NCBI RefSeq assembly: GCF_009914755.1
Contig: NC_060928.1
Length of the DNA stretch: 64,000 nt
Source of the DNA: the human T2T-CHM13v2.0 reference genome, Homo sapiens
Direction: 5' to 3' (one strand)
The notes below the pieces were generated by a model. It was not told the origin of the DNA. It made no database searches and worked only from the letters and a program-made list of their open reading frames with translations. Made by a program: the position numbers and the translations under genes. This document shows, piece after piece, positions 25,851 to 38,169 of this stretch. How positions within the stretch are numbered: position 1 is the first letter of the stretch; each line of letters begins with the position of its first letter.

Positions 25851-27572
25851 CAGAAAGAAGCATTCTCAGAAACTTCTTTGTGTTGTGTGTACTCATGTAA
25901 CAGTGTTGAACCATCCTTTTGACAGAGCAGTTTTGAAACACTCTTTTTGTAGAATCTGCAAGTGGATATTTGGATAGCTTTGAGGATTTCGTTGGAAACG
26001 GGATGACATATAATATCTAGAGAGAAGCATTCTCAGGAACTTCTTTGTGATGTTTGCATTCAAGTCACAGAATTGAACATTCCCTTTCATAGAGTAGGTT
26101 TGAAACACTCTTTCTCTACTATCTGGAAGTGGGCATTTCAAGCGCTTTCAGGCCTATGGAGAGAAAGGAAATACCTTCAAATAAAAACTAGACAGAAGCA
26201 TTCTCAGAAACTTATTTGTGATGTGTGTCCTCAACTAACAGAGTTGAACCTTTGTTTTGATACAGCATTTTGGAAACCCTCCTTTTGTAGAATCTGCAGG
26301 TGGATATTTGGATAGCTTTGAAGATTTCGTTGGAAACCGGAATATCTTCATATAAAATCAAGACAGAAGCATTCTCGGAAACATCTCTGTGATGTTTGCA
26401 TTCAACTCAGTAGAGTTGAACACTTCCTTTCATAGAGCAGGTTTGAAACACTCTTTCTGCACTACCTGGAAGCGGACATTTCGAGCGCTTTGAGGCCTAT
26501 GGTGAAAAAGGAAATATCTTCTCATAAAAACCAGAAAGAAGCATTCTCAGAAACTTCTTTGTGTTGTGTGTACTCAAGTCACAGTGTTGAACCTTCCTTT
26601 TGAAAGAGCAGTTTTGAAACACTCTTTTGGTAGAATCTGCAAGTGGATATTTGGATAGCTTTGAGGATTTCGTTGGAAACGGGTTATCTTCATATAAAAT
26701 CCAGACAGGAGCATTCTTAGAAACTTCTTTGTGCTGTATGTCCTCAATTCACAGAGCTGAATCTTTGTTTGGATACAGCATTTTGGAAACATTACTTTAG
26801 TAAAATCTGCAAGTTGATATTTAGATAGCTTTGAAGATTTCGTTGGAAACGGGAATATCTTCATAGAAAATCTAGACGGAAGCATTCTCAGAAACTGCTT
26901 TGTGATGTTTGCATTCAAATCACAGAGTTGAATATTCCCTTTTATAGAGTAGGTTTGAAACACTCTTTCGGCACTACCTGGAAGTGGATATTTCGAGCTC
27001 TTTGAGGCCTATGGTTAAAAGGAAATATCTTCCCATAAAAACTAGACAGAAGCCGTCTCAGAAACTTGTTTGTGATGTGTGTATTCAACTACCAGAGTTG
27101 AACATTTCTGTTACAGAGCAATTTTAAAACACTCTTTTTGTGGAATCTGAAAGTGGATAATTGGATAGCTTTGTGGATTTCGTTGGAAACAGGATAACGT
27201 ATAAAATCTAGAGAGAAGCATTCTCAGGAACTTCTTTCTGATGTTTGCATTCAAGTCACAGAATTGAACATTCCTTTTCATAGTGCAGGTTTGAAACACT
27301 CTTTCTGTAGTATCTGGAAGTGGACATTTCAAGCGCTTTCAGGCCTTTGGGGAGAAAGGAAATATCTTCAAATAAAAAGTAGACAGAAGGATTCTCAGAA
27401 ACTTATTTGTGATGTGTGTCCTAAACGAACACAGTTGAACCTTTGTTTTGATACAGCATTTTGGAAACACTCCTTTTGTAGAATCTGCAGGTGGATATTT
27501 GGATAGATTTTAAGATTTCATTGGAAACGGGAATTTCTTCATATAAACTGAAGACAGATACATTCTCAGAAA
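25851..27572 (+). repeat. HOR copy 9, truncated (10 monomers plus the start of the 11th) and more diverged
   Basis: Collinear with HOR offsets 1-1722, then replaced by 42-bp satellite; many private substitutions. Confidence 0.92.
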
Positions 27573-27590
27573 TATATATTTTGGGTACTT
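27561..27590. other. Alpha-satellite / HSat1A junction
   Basis: CATTCTCAGA|AA|TATATATTTTGGGTACTT: the alpha monomer start runs directly into a 42-bp unit, with AA at 27571-27572 assignable to either satellite. Confidence 0.93.
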
Positions 27591-29843
27591 TGATATTTTA
27601 TGTACAGTATATAATACATAATTTGGGTTCTTTGATATTTTATCTACAGTATATAATACATACTTTGGGTACTTTGATATTTTATGTACAGTATACAATA
27701 CATAATTTGGGTACTTTGTTATTTTCTGTACAGAATGTTATACATACTATGGGTACCTTGATATTTTATGTACAGTATATAATATATAGTTAGGGTACTT
27801 TGATATATTATGTACAGTATATAATGCATACTTTGGGTACTTTGATATTTTATGTCAGTATATAATACATACTTTGGGTACTTCGATATTTTATGTACAG
27901 TACAATATATATAGTTTGGGTACTTTGATATTTTATGTCCAGTACAAAATAAATAGTTTTGGTACTTTGATATTTTATGTAGAGTATATAGTTTGAGTAC
28001 TTTGATATTTAATGTACAGTATATAATACATAATTTGGGTACATTGATATTTTATGTACAGTGTTTTATAAATGTTTGGGTGCCTCCATATTTTATGTAC
28101 AGTATATAATACATACTAAGGGCACTTTGATATTTTATGTACAGTATATAATACATACTTTGGGTACTTTGATATTTTATGTATGTCATATAATATATAG
28201 TTTGGGTACTTTGATATTTTATGTACAGTATATAATACATACCTTGGGTACTTTGATATTTTATGTACAGTATATAATATATAGTTTGGGTATTTTGATA
28301 TTTTATGTACAGTATATAATACATAGTTTGTGTACTTTGATATTTTATGTACAGTATATAATACATACTTTGGGAACTTTGATATTTTATGTACAGTATG
28401 TAAAACATACTTTGGGTACTTTGATATTTTATGTACAGTATATAATACATACTATTGGTACTTTGATATTTTATGTAAATTATACAATATATAGTTTGAG
28501 TACTTTGATATTTTATGTCCAGTATAAAATATATAGGTTTCGTACTTTGATATTTTATGTACAGAATATAGTTTGAGTACTTTGATATTTTATGTACACT
28601 TTATTGTAAAAGTTTGGGTACTTTCATATTTTACGTACAGTATATAATACATACTTTGGGCACTTTGATGTTTTATGTACAGTATATAATACATACTTTA
28701 GGTTCTTTTATATTTTATGTACAGCATATAATACAAAATTTGGGGACTTTTATATTTTATGTACATTATATAATTCATACTTTGGGTACTTTTATATTTT
28801 ATGTACTACATATAATACATACTTTGGGTACTTTGATATATTATGTACAGTATATAATACATACTTTGAGTAATTTGATATATTATGTACAGTATATAAC
28901 ACATACTTAGGGTACTTTGACATTTTATGTACAGTATATAATACATACTTTGGGTACTTTGATATTTTATGAACAGTATATAATACATACTTTGGGTACT
29001 TTGATATTTTATGTACTGTATATAATACATATTTTGGGTACTTTTATATTTTATGTACAGTATATAATATATAGTTTGGGTACTTTGATATTTTATGTAC
29101 GGAATATAATACATACTTTGGGTACCTTGATATTTTATGTATAGTATATAATACATACTTTGGGTACTTTGATATTGTATGTACAGTATACAATATATAG
29201 TTTGAGTACTTTGATATTTTATGTACTGTATAAAATATATAGTTTTGGTACTTTGATATTTTATGTATAGTATATAGTTTGAGTACTTTGATATTTTATG
29301 TACAGTTTTTTATAAATATTTGGGTGCTTTCATATTTTATGTACAGTATATAATACATACTAAGCGCACTTTGATATTTTATGTACAATATATAATACAT
29401 ACGTTGGGAACTTTGATATATTATGTACAGTATATAATTCATACTTTGGGTACTTTGATATTTTATGTACAGTATATAATACATAGTTTGTGTACTTTGA
29501 TATTTTATGTACAGTATATAATACATACTTTGGGTACTTTGATATTTTATATACAGTATATAATACATACTTTGGGTACTTTCATATTTTATGTACAGTA
29601 TATAATATATAGTTTGGGTACTTTGACATTTTATCTACAGCTTATAATACATACTTTGGGTACTTTGATATTTTATGTACAGTATATAATACATACTTTG
29701 GGTAGTTTGATATTTTATGTACAGTATACAATATATAGTTTGAGTACTTTGATATTTTATGTGCAGTATAAAATATATAGTTTTGGTACTTTGATATTGT
29801 ATGTACAGTTTATAGTTTGAGTACTTTGATATTTTATGTACAC

Positions 29844-32800
29844 TTTATTATAAATGTTTGGGTACTTTCATATTTGATGTACAGTATATAATACATAATT
29901 TGGGCACTTTTCTATTTTATGTACAGTATATAATACATACTTTGGGTACTTTGATATTTAATGTACAGTATATAATACACACTTTGCGTACTTTGATATT
30001 TTATGTAAAGCATGTAATACATAATTTGGGCAGTTTGATATTTTATGTACAGTATGTAATACACACTTTGGGTACTTTGATATTTTATATACAGTATTTA
30101 AAACATACTTTGGGTAGTTTGATATATTATGTACAGTATATAATACATACTTTGGGTACTCTGATATTTTATGTACAGTGTATAATACATACTTTGGGTA
30201 CTTTGATATTTTATGTACAGTATATAATACATACATTGGGTACTTTGATATATTATGTACAGTATATAATACTTACTTGGGGTACTTTGATATTTTATGT
30301 ACAGTATATAATACATACTTTGTGTACTTTGATATTTTATGTACAGTATATAATACATACTTTGGGTACTTTGATATTTTATGTACAGTATATAATACAT
30401 ACTTTGGGTATCTTGATATTTTATATACAGTATATAATGCATACTTTGGGTACTTTGAAATTTTATGTACAGTATATAATGCATACTTTGAGTACTTTGA
30501 TATTTTATGTACAGTATGTAATACATACTTTGGGTACTTTGATATTTTATGTATAGTATATAATACATACTTTTTGTAGTTTGATATTTTATGTACAGTA
30601 TACAATATATAGTTTGACTACTTTGATATTTTATGTCCAGTATAAAATATATAGTTTTCCTAATTGATATTTTATGTACAGAATATAGTTTGAGTACTTT
30701 GATATTTTATGTACACTTTATTATAAATGTTTGGGTACTTTCATATTTTATGTACAGTATATAATACATACTTTGGTCTCTTTGATGTTTTATGTACAGT
30801 ATATAATACATACTTTGGGTTCTTTGATATTTTATGTGCAGAATATAATGCACAGTTTTAGGTACTTTGATATTTTATGTACAGTATATAATACATACTT
30901 TGGGTACTTTGATATTTTATGTACAGTATATAATACATACTTTGGGAACTTTGATATTTTATGTACAGTATGTAATACATACTTTGGGTACTTTGATATT
31001 TTATGTACAGTATATAATACATATTATTGGTAGTTTGATATTTTATGTACAGTATACAATATATAGTTTGAGTACTTTGATATTTTATGTCCAGTATAAA
31101 ATACATAGATTTCATACTTTGATATTTTATGTACAGAATATAGTTTGAGTACTTTGATATTTTATGTACACTTTATCATAAAAGTTTGGGTACTTTCATA
31201 TTTTACGTACAGTATATAATACATACTTTGGGCACTTTGATGTTTTATGTACAGTATATAATACATACTTTGGGTTCTTTGATATGTTATGTACAGCATA
31301 TAGTACATAATTTGGGGACTTTTATATTTTATGTACATTATATAATACATACTTTGGGTACTTTTATATTTTATGTACAGTATATAATACATATTTTGGG
31401 TACTTTGATATTTTATGTACAGTATATAATACATCCTTTGGGTACTTTGATATTTAATGTACAGTATATAATACACACTTTGCGTACTTTGATATTTTAT
31501 GTACAGTATGTAATACACGCTTTGGGTACTTTGATATTTTATGTAGAGTATGTAAAACATTCTTTGGGTAGTTTGATATTTTATGATCAGTATATAATAC
31601 AAATTTTGGGTACCTTGATATTTTATGTACAGTATATAATACATACTTTGGGTACTTTGATATTTTATGTACAGTATATAATGCATACTTTAGGTACTTT
31701 GATAGTTTATGTACAGTATATAATACATACTTTGGGTACTTTGATATTTTATGTACAGTATATAATACGTAGTTTGGGTACTTTGATATTTTATGTACAG
31801 TATATAATACATACTTTGGGTACTTTGATATTTTATCTACAGTGTATAATATATACTTTGGGTACTTTGATATATTATGTACAGTATATAATACATACTT
31901 TGGGTACTTTGATATTTTATGTACAGTATATAATACATACTTTGGGTACTTTGATATTTTATGTACAGTATATAATACATACTTTCGGTACTTTGATATT
32001 TTATGTACAGTATATAATATATAGTTTGGGTACTTTGATATTTTATGTACAGTATATAATACATACTTTGGGTACTTTGATATTTTATGTACAGTATATA
32101 ATACATACTTTGGGTACTTTGATATTTTATGTACACTATATAATATATAGTTTGGGTACTTTGATAATTTATGTACAGTGTATAACACATACTTTGGGTA
32201 CTTTGATATTTTATGTACAGTATATAATACATACTTTGGGTACTTTGATATTTTATGTACAGTATATAATACATACTTTGGGTACTTTCATATTTCATGT
32301 ACAGTTTATAATATATAGTTTGGGTACTTTGGTATATTATGTACTGTATATAATACATACTTTGGGTACTTTGATATTTTATGTACAGTATATAATACAT
32401 ACTTTGGGTACTTTGATATTTTATGTACAGTATACAATATATACTTTGACTACTTTGATATTTTATGTCCAGTATAGAATATATAGTTTTGGTAGTTTGA
32501 TATTTTATGTACAGTATATAGTTTGAGTACATTGATATTTTATGTACACTTTATTATAAATGTTTGGATACTTTCATATTTTATGTACAGTATATAATAC
32601 ATACTTTGGGCACTTTGATATTTTTAGTACAGTATACAATACATACTTTGGGTACTTTGATATTTTATGTACAGTATATAATACATAATTTGGGTACTTT
32701 GATATTTTATGTACAGTATATAATGCATACTTTGGGTACTTTGATGTTTTATGTACAGTATATAATACATACTTAGGGTACTTTGACATTTTATGTGCAG

Positions 32801-35800
32801 TACATAATACATACTTTGGATACTTTGTTATTTTAAATACAGTATGTAATACATATTTTGGGTACTTTGATATTTTATGTACAGTATATAATACATACTT
32901 TGGTACTTTTATATTTCATGTACAGTATATAATATATAGTTTGGGTACTTTGATATTTTATGTACAGTATATAATACATAGTTTGGGTATTTTGATATTT
33001 TATGTACAGTATATAATACATACTTTGTGTACTTTGATATTTTATGTACAGTATATAATATATAGCTTGGGTACTTTGATATTTTATGTGCAGTATATAA
33101 CACATACTTTCGGTAGTTGGATATTTTATGTACAGTATATAATACATACTTTGGGTAATTCGATATTTGATGTACAGTATACTATATATAGTTTGGGTAC
33201 TTTGATATTTTATGTCGGGTATAAAATAAATAGTTTTGGTACTTAGATATTTTATGTACAGTATATAGTTTGAGTACTTTGATATTTTATGTACAGTTTA
33301 TTATAAATGGGTGCTTTCATATTTTATGTACAGTATATAATACATACTATGGGCACTTTGATATTTTATGTACAGTATATAATACATACTTTGGGTACTT
33401 TGATATTTTATGTATACTACATAATACATACTTTGGGTACTTTGATATTTTATGTACAGTACATAATATATAGTTTGGGTACTTTGATATTTTATGTGCA
33501 GTATATAACACATAATTTCGGTACTTGGATATTTTATGTACAGTATATAATACATAATTTGGGTACTTCCATATTTTATGTACAGTATGCTATATATAGT
33601 TTGGGTACTTTGATATTTTATGTCCAGTATAAAATAAAAAGTTTCGGTAATTCGTTATTTTATGTACAGTGTATCGTTTGAGTACTTTGATATTTAATGT
33701 ACAGTTTATTATAAATGTTCGGGTGCTTTCATATTTTATGTACAGTATATAATACATACTTTGAGCACTTTGATATTTTATGTACAGTATATAATACACA
33801 CTTTGGGTAATTTGATATTATATGTACAGTATATAATACATACATTGGGTACTTTGATATTTTATGTACAGTATATAATATATAGTTAGGGTACTTTGAT
33901 ATTTTATATACAGTATATAATATATATTATGTGTACTTTGATATATTATGTACAGTATATAATATATAGTTTGGGTAATTTGATATTTTATGTACAGTTT
34001 ATTATAAATGTTTGGGTACTTTCATATTTGATGTACAGTATATAATACATAATTTGGGCACTTTTCTATTTTATGTACAGTATATAATACATACTTTGGG
34101 TACTTTGATATTTAATGTACAGTATATAATACACACTTTGCGTACTTTGATATTTTATGTAAAGCATGTAATACATAATTTGGGCAGTTTGATATTTTAT
34201 GTACAGTATGTAATACACACTTTGGGTACTTTGATATTTTATATACAGTATTTAAAACATACTTTGGGTAGTTTGATATATTATGTACAGTATATAATAC
34301 ATACTTTGGGTACTCTGATATTTTATGTACAGTGTATAATACATACTTTGGGTACTTTGATATTTTATGTACAGTATATAATACATACATTGGGTACTTT
34401 GATATATTATGTACAGTATATAATACTTACTTGGGGTACTTTGATATTTTATGTACAGTATATAATACATACTTTGTGTACTTTGATATTTTATGTACAG
34501 TATATAATACATACTTTGGGTACTTTGATATTTTATGTACAGTATATAATACATACTTTGGGTATCTTGATATTTTATATACAGTATATAATGCATACTT
34601 TGGGTACTTTGAAATTTTATGTACAGTATATAATGCATACTTTGAGTACTTTGATATTTTATGTACAGTATGTAATACATACTTTGGGTACTTTGATATT
34701 TTATGTATAGTATATAATACATACTTTTTGTAGTTTGATATTTTATGTACAGTATACAATATATAGTTTGACTACTTTGATATTTTATGTCCAGTATAAA
34801 ATATATAGTTTTCCTAATTGATATTTTATGTACAGAATATAGTTTGAGTACTTTGATATTTTATGTACACTTTATTATAAATGTTTGGGTACTTTCATAT
34901 TTTATGTACAGTATATAATACATACTTTGGTCTCTTTGATGTTTTATGTACAGTATATAATACATACTTTGGGTTCTTTGATATTTTATGTGCAGAATAT
35001 AATGCACAGTTTTAGGTACTTTGATATTTTATGTACAGTATATAATACATACTTTGGGTACTTTGATATTTTATGTACAGTATATAATACATACTTTGGG
35101 AACTTTGATATTTTATGTACAGTATGTAATACATACTTTGGGTACTTTGATATTTTATGTACAGTATATAATACATATTATTGGTAGTTTGATATTTTAT
35201 GTACAGTATACAATATATAGTTTGAGTACTTTGATATTTTATGTCCAGTATAAAATACATAGATTTCATACTTTGATATTTTATGTACAGAATATAGTTT
35301 GAGTACTTTGATATTTTATGTACACTTTATCATAAAAGTTTGGGTACTTTCATATTTTACGTACAGTATATAATACATACTTTGGGCACTTTGATGTTTT
35401 ATGTACAGTATATAATACATACTTTGGGTTCTTTGATATGTTATGTACAGCATATAGTACATAATTTGGGGACTTTTATATTTTATGTACATTATATAAT
35501 ACATACTTTGGGTACTTTTATATTTTATGTACAGTATATAATACATATTTTGGGTACTTTGATATTTTATGTACAGTATATAATACATCCTTTGGGTACT
35601 TTGATATTTAATGTACAGTATATAATACACACTTTGCGTACTTTGATATTTTATGTACAGTATGTAATACACGCTTTGGGTACTTTGATATTTTATGTAG
35701 AGTATGTAAAACATTCTTTGGGTAGTTTGATATTTTATGATCAGTATATAATACAAATTTTGGGTACCTTGATATTTTATGTACAGTATATAATACATAC

Positions 35801-38169
35801 TTTGGGTACTTTGATATTTTATGTACAGTATATAATGCATACTTTAGGTACTTTGATAGTTTATGTACAGTATATAATACATACTTTGGGTACTTTGATA
35901 TTTTATGTACAGTATATAATACGTAGTTTGGGTACTTTGATATTTTATGTACAGTATATAATACATACTTTGGGTACTTTGATATTTTATCTACAGTGTA
36001 TAATATATACTTTGGGTACTTTGATATATTATGTACAGTATATAATACATACTTTGGGTACTTTGATATTTTATGTACAGTATATAATACATACTTTGGG
36101 TACTTTGATATTTTATGTACAGTATATAATACATACTTTCGGTACTTTGATATTTTATGTACAGTATATAATATATAGTTTGGGTACTTTGATATTTTAT
36201 GTACAGTATATAATACATACTTTGGGTACTTTGATATTTTATGTACAGTATATAATACATACTTTGGGTACTTTGATATTTTATGTACACTATATAATAT
36301 ATAGTTTGGGTACTTTGATAATTTATGTACAGTGTATAACACATACTTTGGGTACTTTGATATTTTATGTACAGTATATAATACATACTTTGGGTACTTT
36401 GATATTTTATGTACAGTATATAATACATACTTTGGGTACTTTCATATTTCATGTACAGTTTATAATATATAGTTTGGGTACTTTGGTATATTATGTACTG
36501 TATATAATACATACTTTGGGTACTTTGATATTTTATGTACAGTATATAATACATACTTTGGGTACTTTGATATTTTATGTACAGTATACAATATATACTT
36601 TGACTACTTTGATATTTTATGTCCAGTATAGAATATATAGTTTTGGTAGTTTGATATTTTATGTACAGTATATAGTTTGAGTACATTGATATTTTATGTA
36701 CACTTTATTATAAATGTTTGGATACTTTCATATTTTATGTACAGTATATAATACATACTTTGGGCACTTTGATATTTTTAGTACAGTATACAATACATAC
36801 TTTGGGTACTTTGATATTTTATGTACAGTATATAATACATAATTTGGGTACTTTGATATTTTATGTACAGTATATAATGCATACTTTGGGTACTTTGATG
36901 TTTTATGTACAGTATATAATACATACTTAGGGTACTTTGACATTTTATGTGCAGTACATAATACATACTTTGGATACTTTGTTATTTTAAATACAGTATG
37001 TAATACATATTTTGGGTACTTTGATATTTTATGTACAGTATATAATACATACTTTGGTACTTTTATATTTCATGTACAGTATATAATATATAGTTTGGGT
37101 ACTTTGATATTTTATGTACAGTATATAATACATAGTTTGGGTATTTTGATATTTTATGTACAGTATATAATACATACTTTGTGTACTTTGATATTTTATG
37201 TACAGTATATAATATATAGCTTGGGTACTTTGATATTTTATGTGCAGTATATAACACATACTTTCGGTAGTTGGATATTTTATGTACAGTATATAATACA
37301 TACTTTGGGTAATTCGATATTTGATGTACAGTATACTATATATAGTTTGGGTACTTTGATATTTTATGTCGGGTATAAAATAAATAGTTTTGGTACTTAG
37401 ATATTTTATGTACAGTATATAGTTTGAGTACTTTGATATTTTATGTACAGTTTATTATAAATGGGTGCTTTCATATTTTATGTACAGTATATAATACATA
37501 CTATGGGCACTTTGATATTTTATGTACAGTATATAATACATACTTTGGGTACTTTGATATTTTATGTATACTACATAATACATACTTTGGGTACTTTGAT
37601 ATTTTATGTACAGTACATAATATATAGTTTGGGTACTTTGATATTTTATGTGCAGTATATAACACATAATTTCGGTACTTGGATATTTTATGTACAGTAT
37701 ATAATACATAATTTGGGTACTTCCATATTTTATGTACAGTATGCTATATATAGTTTGGGTACTTTGATATTTTATGTCCAGTATAAAATAAAAAGTTTCG
37801 GTAATTCGTTATTTTATGTACAGTGTATCGTTTGAGTACTTTGATATTTAATGTACAGTTTATTATAAATGTTCGGGTGCTTTCATATTTTATGTACAGT
37901 ATATAATACATACTTTGAGCACTTTGATATTTTATGTACAGTATATAATACACACTTTGGGTAATTTGATATTATATGTACAGTATATAATACATACATT
38001 GGGTACTTTGATATTTTATGTACAGTATATAATATATAGTTAGGGTACTTTGATATTTTATATACAGTATATAATATATATTATGTGTACTTTGATATAT
38101 TATGTACAGTATATAATATATAGTTTGGGTAATTTGATATTTTATGTACAGTTTATTATAAATGTTTGG
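29844..38169 (+). repeat. Apparently perfect 4154-bp tandem duplication within HSat1A
   Basis: Every ORF from 29858 to 33799 recurs with identical translation at +4154 (34012-37953). First flanking mismatches are 29843/33997 and 34016/38170. Confidence 0.92.

Larger units (their letters stand above)
1..27572 (+). repeat. D4Z1: Alpha-satellite higher-order repeat array, 19-mer (~3232 bp) unit, ~8.5 copies; most likely D4Z1 (S2C4H1L) of human chromosome 4
   Basis: ~170-bp monomers with the alpha-satellite signature (AGCATTCTCAGAAACT...GAGTTGAA...TTTGAAACACTCTTT). CENP-B box and pJalpha/A-type monomers are interspersed. The same spurious ORF recurs at 43, 3275, 6505, 9736, 12966, 16197, 19429, 22661, 25893 (period 3230-3232 = 19 monomers). 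The D4Z1 name is inferred from unit size and HSat1A adjacency. Confidence 0.95.

Noticed and set aside
43-27506. Recurrent 60-130-aa ORFs in the alpha satellite
   Set aside because: They are chance open frames in alpha monomers, repeated with the HOR period. Many depend on GTG/TTG starts, and they are freely disrupted by variants between copies.
1-27572. Alternative assignment to chromosome 3 (also HSat1A-interrupted) or chromosome 13
   Set aside because: From recall, D3Z1 is a 17-mer (~2.9 kb) and D13Z1 an 11-mer. The 19-mer, 3232-bp unit fits D4Z1. Alignment to T2T-CHM13 would be decisive.
27491-27793. ORF spanning the alpha/HSat1A junction as a possible fusion peptide
   Set aside because: It starts at GTG and is an accidental in-frame join of two non-coding satellites, with no evidence of expression.
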